Positions 61,190-64,000 of a stretch of DNA of 64,000 nucleotides are shown piece by piece (within the stretch, counting starts at the first letter, position 1; each line of letters starts with the position of its first letter). The DNA comes from Dendrobates tinctorius. Taxonomy: Eukaryota. A program made the position numbers and the translations under genes. The DNA lies in NCBI RefSeq assembly GCF_039654945.1, contig NW_027361797.1:1116001-1180000 (forward strand). Direction: 5' to 3'. The notes below the pieces were generated by a model. It did not search any database. It saw only the letters and a list, made by a program, of their open reading frames with translations, and was not told where the DNA came from.

Positions 61190-64000
61190 TGGACACAGCC
61201 CGTCATGGGCAGGAGTCAGCTCCTGCACCAGGACGTACTGTGTCCGTCATGCATTTAAACTGTCACTAACAGCCAGGAGCAGTGTACGTGCCTCCCCTGG
61301 CTGATAATCCCCTAAATGCTGTGACCGATCACAGCATTCAGGAGGGAGGCAGATTGACGGGAGCTCCCTCTGCCTTCAGATCAGCGTCCCCGCTAAATCA
61401 TTGCAGGGGCCCGATCATTGCCATGATGACCCCCAGATCACCAAGCTACAGAAAGCTTGAGAGCATGCTCACAATGCTGGTGCATTGCAATGCATTATAC
61501 CTGCAATCAAAGTAAAAAAAAAAAGTGAAAGTTCCATAAAGGACTAGGTAAAAAAGAATGTAAAAAGAAATCTTGCATAATAATAATCCACTATTAAATA
61601 CACAAAAGTACACGTTTGGTATCGCCGCGTCTGGAACAATTCGATCTATAAAATTGTCATGCTAGTTAAGCCCTTCAGTGAATGCCGTAAAAAAAAAGTA
61701 GCAAACTATGCTTTACCATCATACCGTTTGGAAAACGTGGAATAAGACACGATCTAAAAGACGAATGTAAATAAAAATAGTATCACTGAAAATGCCATCT
61801 TGTCTCGCAGAAAATAAGCCGCCAAACAGCTCCTTAAGTGGAAAAATAAAGTTATAGCTCTCAAAATAAAGCGATGCAAAAGTACCGTATTTTTCGGACT
61901 ATAAGACGCACCCCAATTTTCAGAAGGAAAATAGGGAAAAAAATAATGTGTCAAATGGGGGTCCGTCTTACAGTCCGAATTCAGCTTACCTGGGAAGGGA
62001 TCCGGCACAGGTGGAGGAGTGGTCACAGGGGTCATTCAGTGGTCCAGGCTCGTGCGGTGGCGGCTCTGTGCTGGGGCAGGTTGGTTGTGCTGGAGCAGCT
62101 GGGCTGTACTGGGGCAGGTTGGCTGTGCTGGGGCAGGTGGGCTCTGTGCTCCGGTGCAGGGGCGGCGGCTCCACCGGCATTTCCTCCAAGCCCGGAGGCC
62201 CCGCACATCCCTTGCTGGCCGCCGCCATGTTGCGGTGGCCGCCGGGAAGATGGCCGCCAGTCCGGGGATGGCGCATGCGCAGGTTCAGATCTCGTCCCGA
62301 GATCTCGGAGGACGAGATCTCGCTGCCGAGATTTGAATCTCTTCCTTCAGATCAGTGTCCCCGCTAAATAATTGCAGGGGCCCGATCGTTGCCATGATGA
62401 CCCCCAGATCACCAAGCTACAGAAAGCTTGAGAGCATGCTCACAATGCTGGTGCATTGCAATGCATTATACCTGCAATCAAAGTAAAAAAAAAAAGTGAA
62501 AGTTCCATAAAGGGACTAGGTAAAAAAAAATGTAAAAAGAAATCTTGCATAATAATAATCCACTATTAAATACACAAAAGTACACGTTTGGTATCGCCGC
62601 GTCTGGAACAATTCGATCTATAAAATTGTCATGCTAGTTAAGCCCTTCAGTGAACGCCGTAAAAAAAGTAGCAAACTATGCTTTACCATCATACCGCTTG
62701 GAAAACGTGGAATAAGACACGATCAAAAAGACGAATGTAAATAAAAATATCACTGAAAATGCCATCTTGTCCCGCAGAAAACAAGCCGCCAAACAGCTCC
62801 TTAAGCGGAAAAATAAAGTTATAGCTCTCAAAATAAAGCGATGCAAAAGTAATTATTTTTTCTATAAAAGTTTTTAGGTGAAAGCACCAAAACATAAAAA
62901 AAATATAGATGTGGCATCGCTGTAATCATACTTATACGAAGAATAATGCGGCCTTATCAATTTCACCACACGCAGAATGGAGGAAAAAAAATTCCTGAAT
63001 TGTTGGTTTTTGTTTTCTCTGCCTCCACAAAAATCGGATAGAAAGCGATCAAAAAATGTTATGTGCCCGAAAATGGTACAAATAAAAACTTCAACTTGTC
63101 CTGCAAAAAACAAGCCCTCACATGACTGTGGGCCGAGATATGGAAAAATTAAAGCTCTCAAAATATGGCGATGCAAAAACTTCTTGCAAGAAAAAGCGTC
63201 TTTTAGTGTGTGACAACAGCCAAACATAAAAAAAAAACCTGATATAAATCTGGTATTGCTGTAATTTCACCGACCAGAAGAATAAAGTCGCCTAATCACT
63301 TATATTGCACGAGGAACTGTGTAAAAAATAAATTAAACCAATTCTTCACCTGCTGTGGATTTGTTCATTCTGCCTCCCAAAGATCGCAGTAAGGCTTGGT
63401 GCGCATTATCCTGCACTCTACACTAAGTGCTTACACCAGAGTTTCCGTGTAAATCTCTGAAATATGTGATTCAGACAGAACCGCTGGCAGAATATTCCCC
63501 ATAATGAGACAGATGGAGGCCCTGTGGATGCCATAGGACCTGTTATCTGGTGGTGTCCGTCTTTTTTGGCGTGCATAAAAACGCAGTCCACCATAGTTTT
63601 GTGCACCTCTGAAAGGAAGGACAACGCTGAACAGAGGCCAGACAAAATCCAGAGTAACTCTGCTGCCTCATAGTGATTGGATCCCTAGGGGGTTTCATCT
63701 GTCACGTAGCTGGGAGATTTAGATGGAAACCCCAAAGTAAGTGCTCAGCGTAGAGCGCCGGATAAATGTGATCCCAAACGTTATGAAAAATGTTCTCAAT
63801 AAAAGCCTCAACTCAATCCACAAAAAAAGCAAGTCCCCACTGAGGTCCGTCATCTGTTAATGAAAATATAGGAGGCGTCCACGTTACTGGTCGCACAAAG
63901 GCTATGGAAAACCAAAATGGCTCATTGCCCCCAAAAAGAAATTCAGCGAATTGTCCGCTCCCAAATCCAAATGCCCACCTCCCTTCTGAAGCCCAGTGTG
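61190..64000. mobile_element. Large non-autonomous element of the same family as 1-1850, with an internal duplication; runs off the window
   Basis: Extended similarity to 300-1500 in the same orientation, including the embedded GATGGAAACCCCAAAGTAAGTGCTCA block. Confidence 0.6.
61885..62343. mobile_element. One-ended pogo/Tigger-like MITE
   Basis: TA|CCGTATTTTTCGGACTATAAGACGCACC terminus and a GC-rich interior; no matching second TIR. Confidence 0.6.

Overview
Eukaryotic, repeat-saturated vertebrate DNA, most likely from a frog (inferred from the globin sequence and the transposon repertoire). Three intact host genes can be reconstructed exon by exon: a compact adult-type beta-globin (+, 15425-16139) and the head-to-head pair POLR3K (-, 48856-53132) and SNRNP25 (+, 54813-60214), which share a bidirectional promoter. 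A beta-globin therefore sits on the POLR3K side of the gene block that flanks the alpha-globin cluster in amniotes. Most of the rest is nested mobile DNA: an intact IR/DR-type DD34E Tc1 element, decayed Tc1/hAT/Harbinger/L1/L2/CR1 copies, a solo LTR, a SINE and many MITEs. The most unusual items are: (i) a 6.9-kb Penelope-like insertion bounded by a 14-bp TSD, with 2.4-kb inverted arms, a 120-bp inverted filler, two minimal hammerhead ribozyme motifs and a retained splice acceptor; (ii) a Helitron carrying a 3-kb 41-bp satellite just 3' of the globin; (iii) an intronless, decayed Y-box-type cold-shock-domain ORF; (iv) a 3.9-kb hAT-type foldback element with a 1-nt-spacer palindromic centre. 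Coordinates were read by eye and family assignments come from motif recognition, not database searches.
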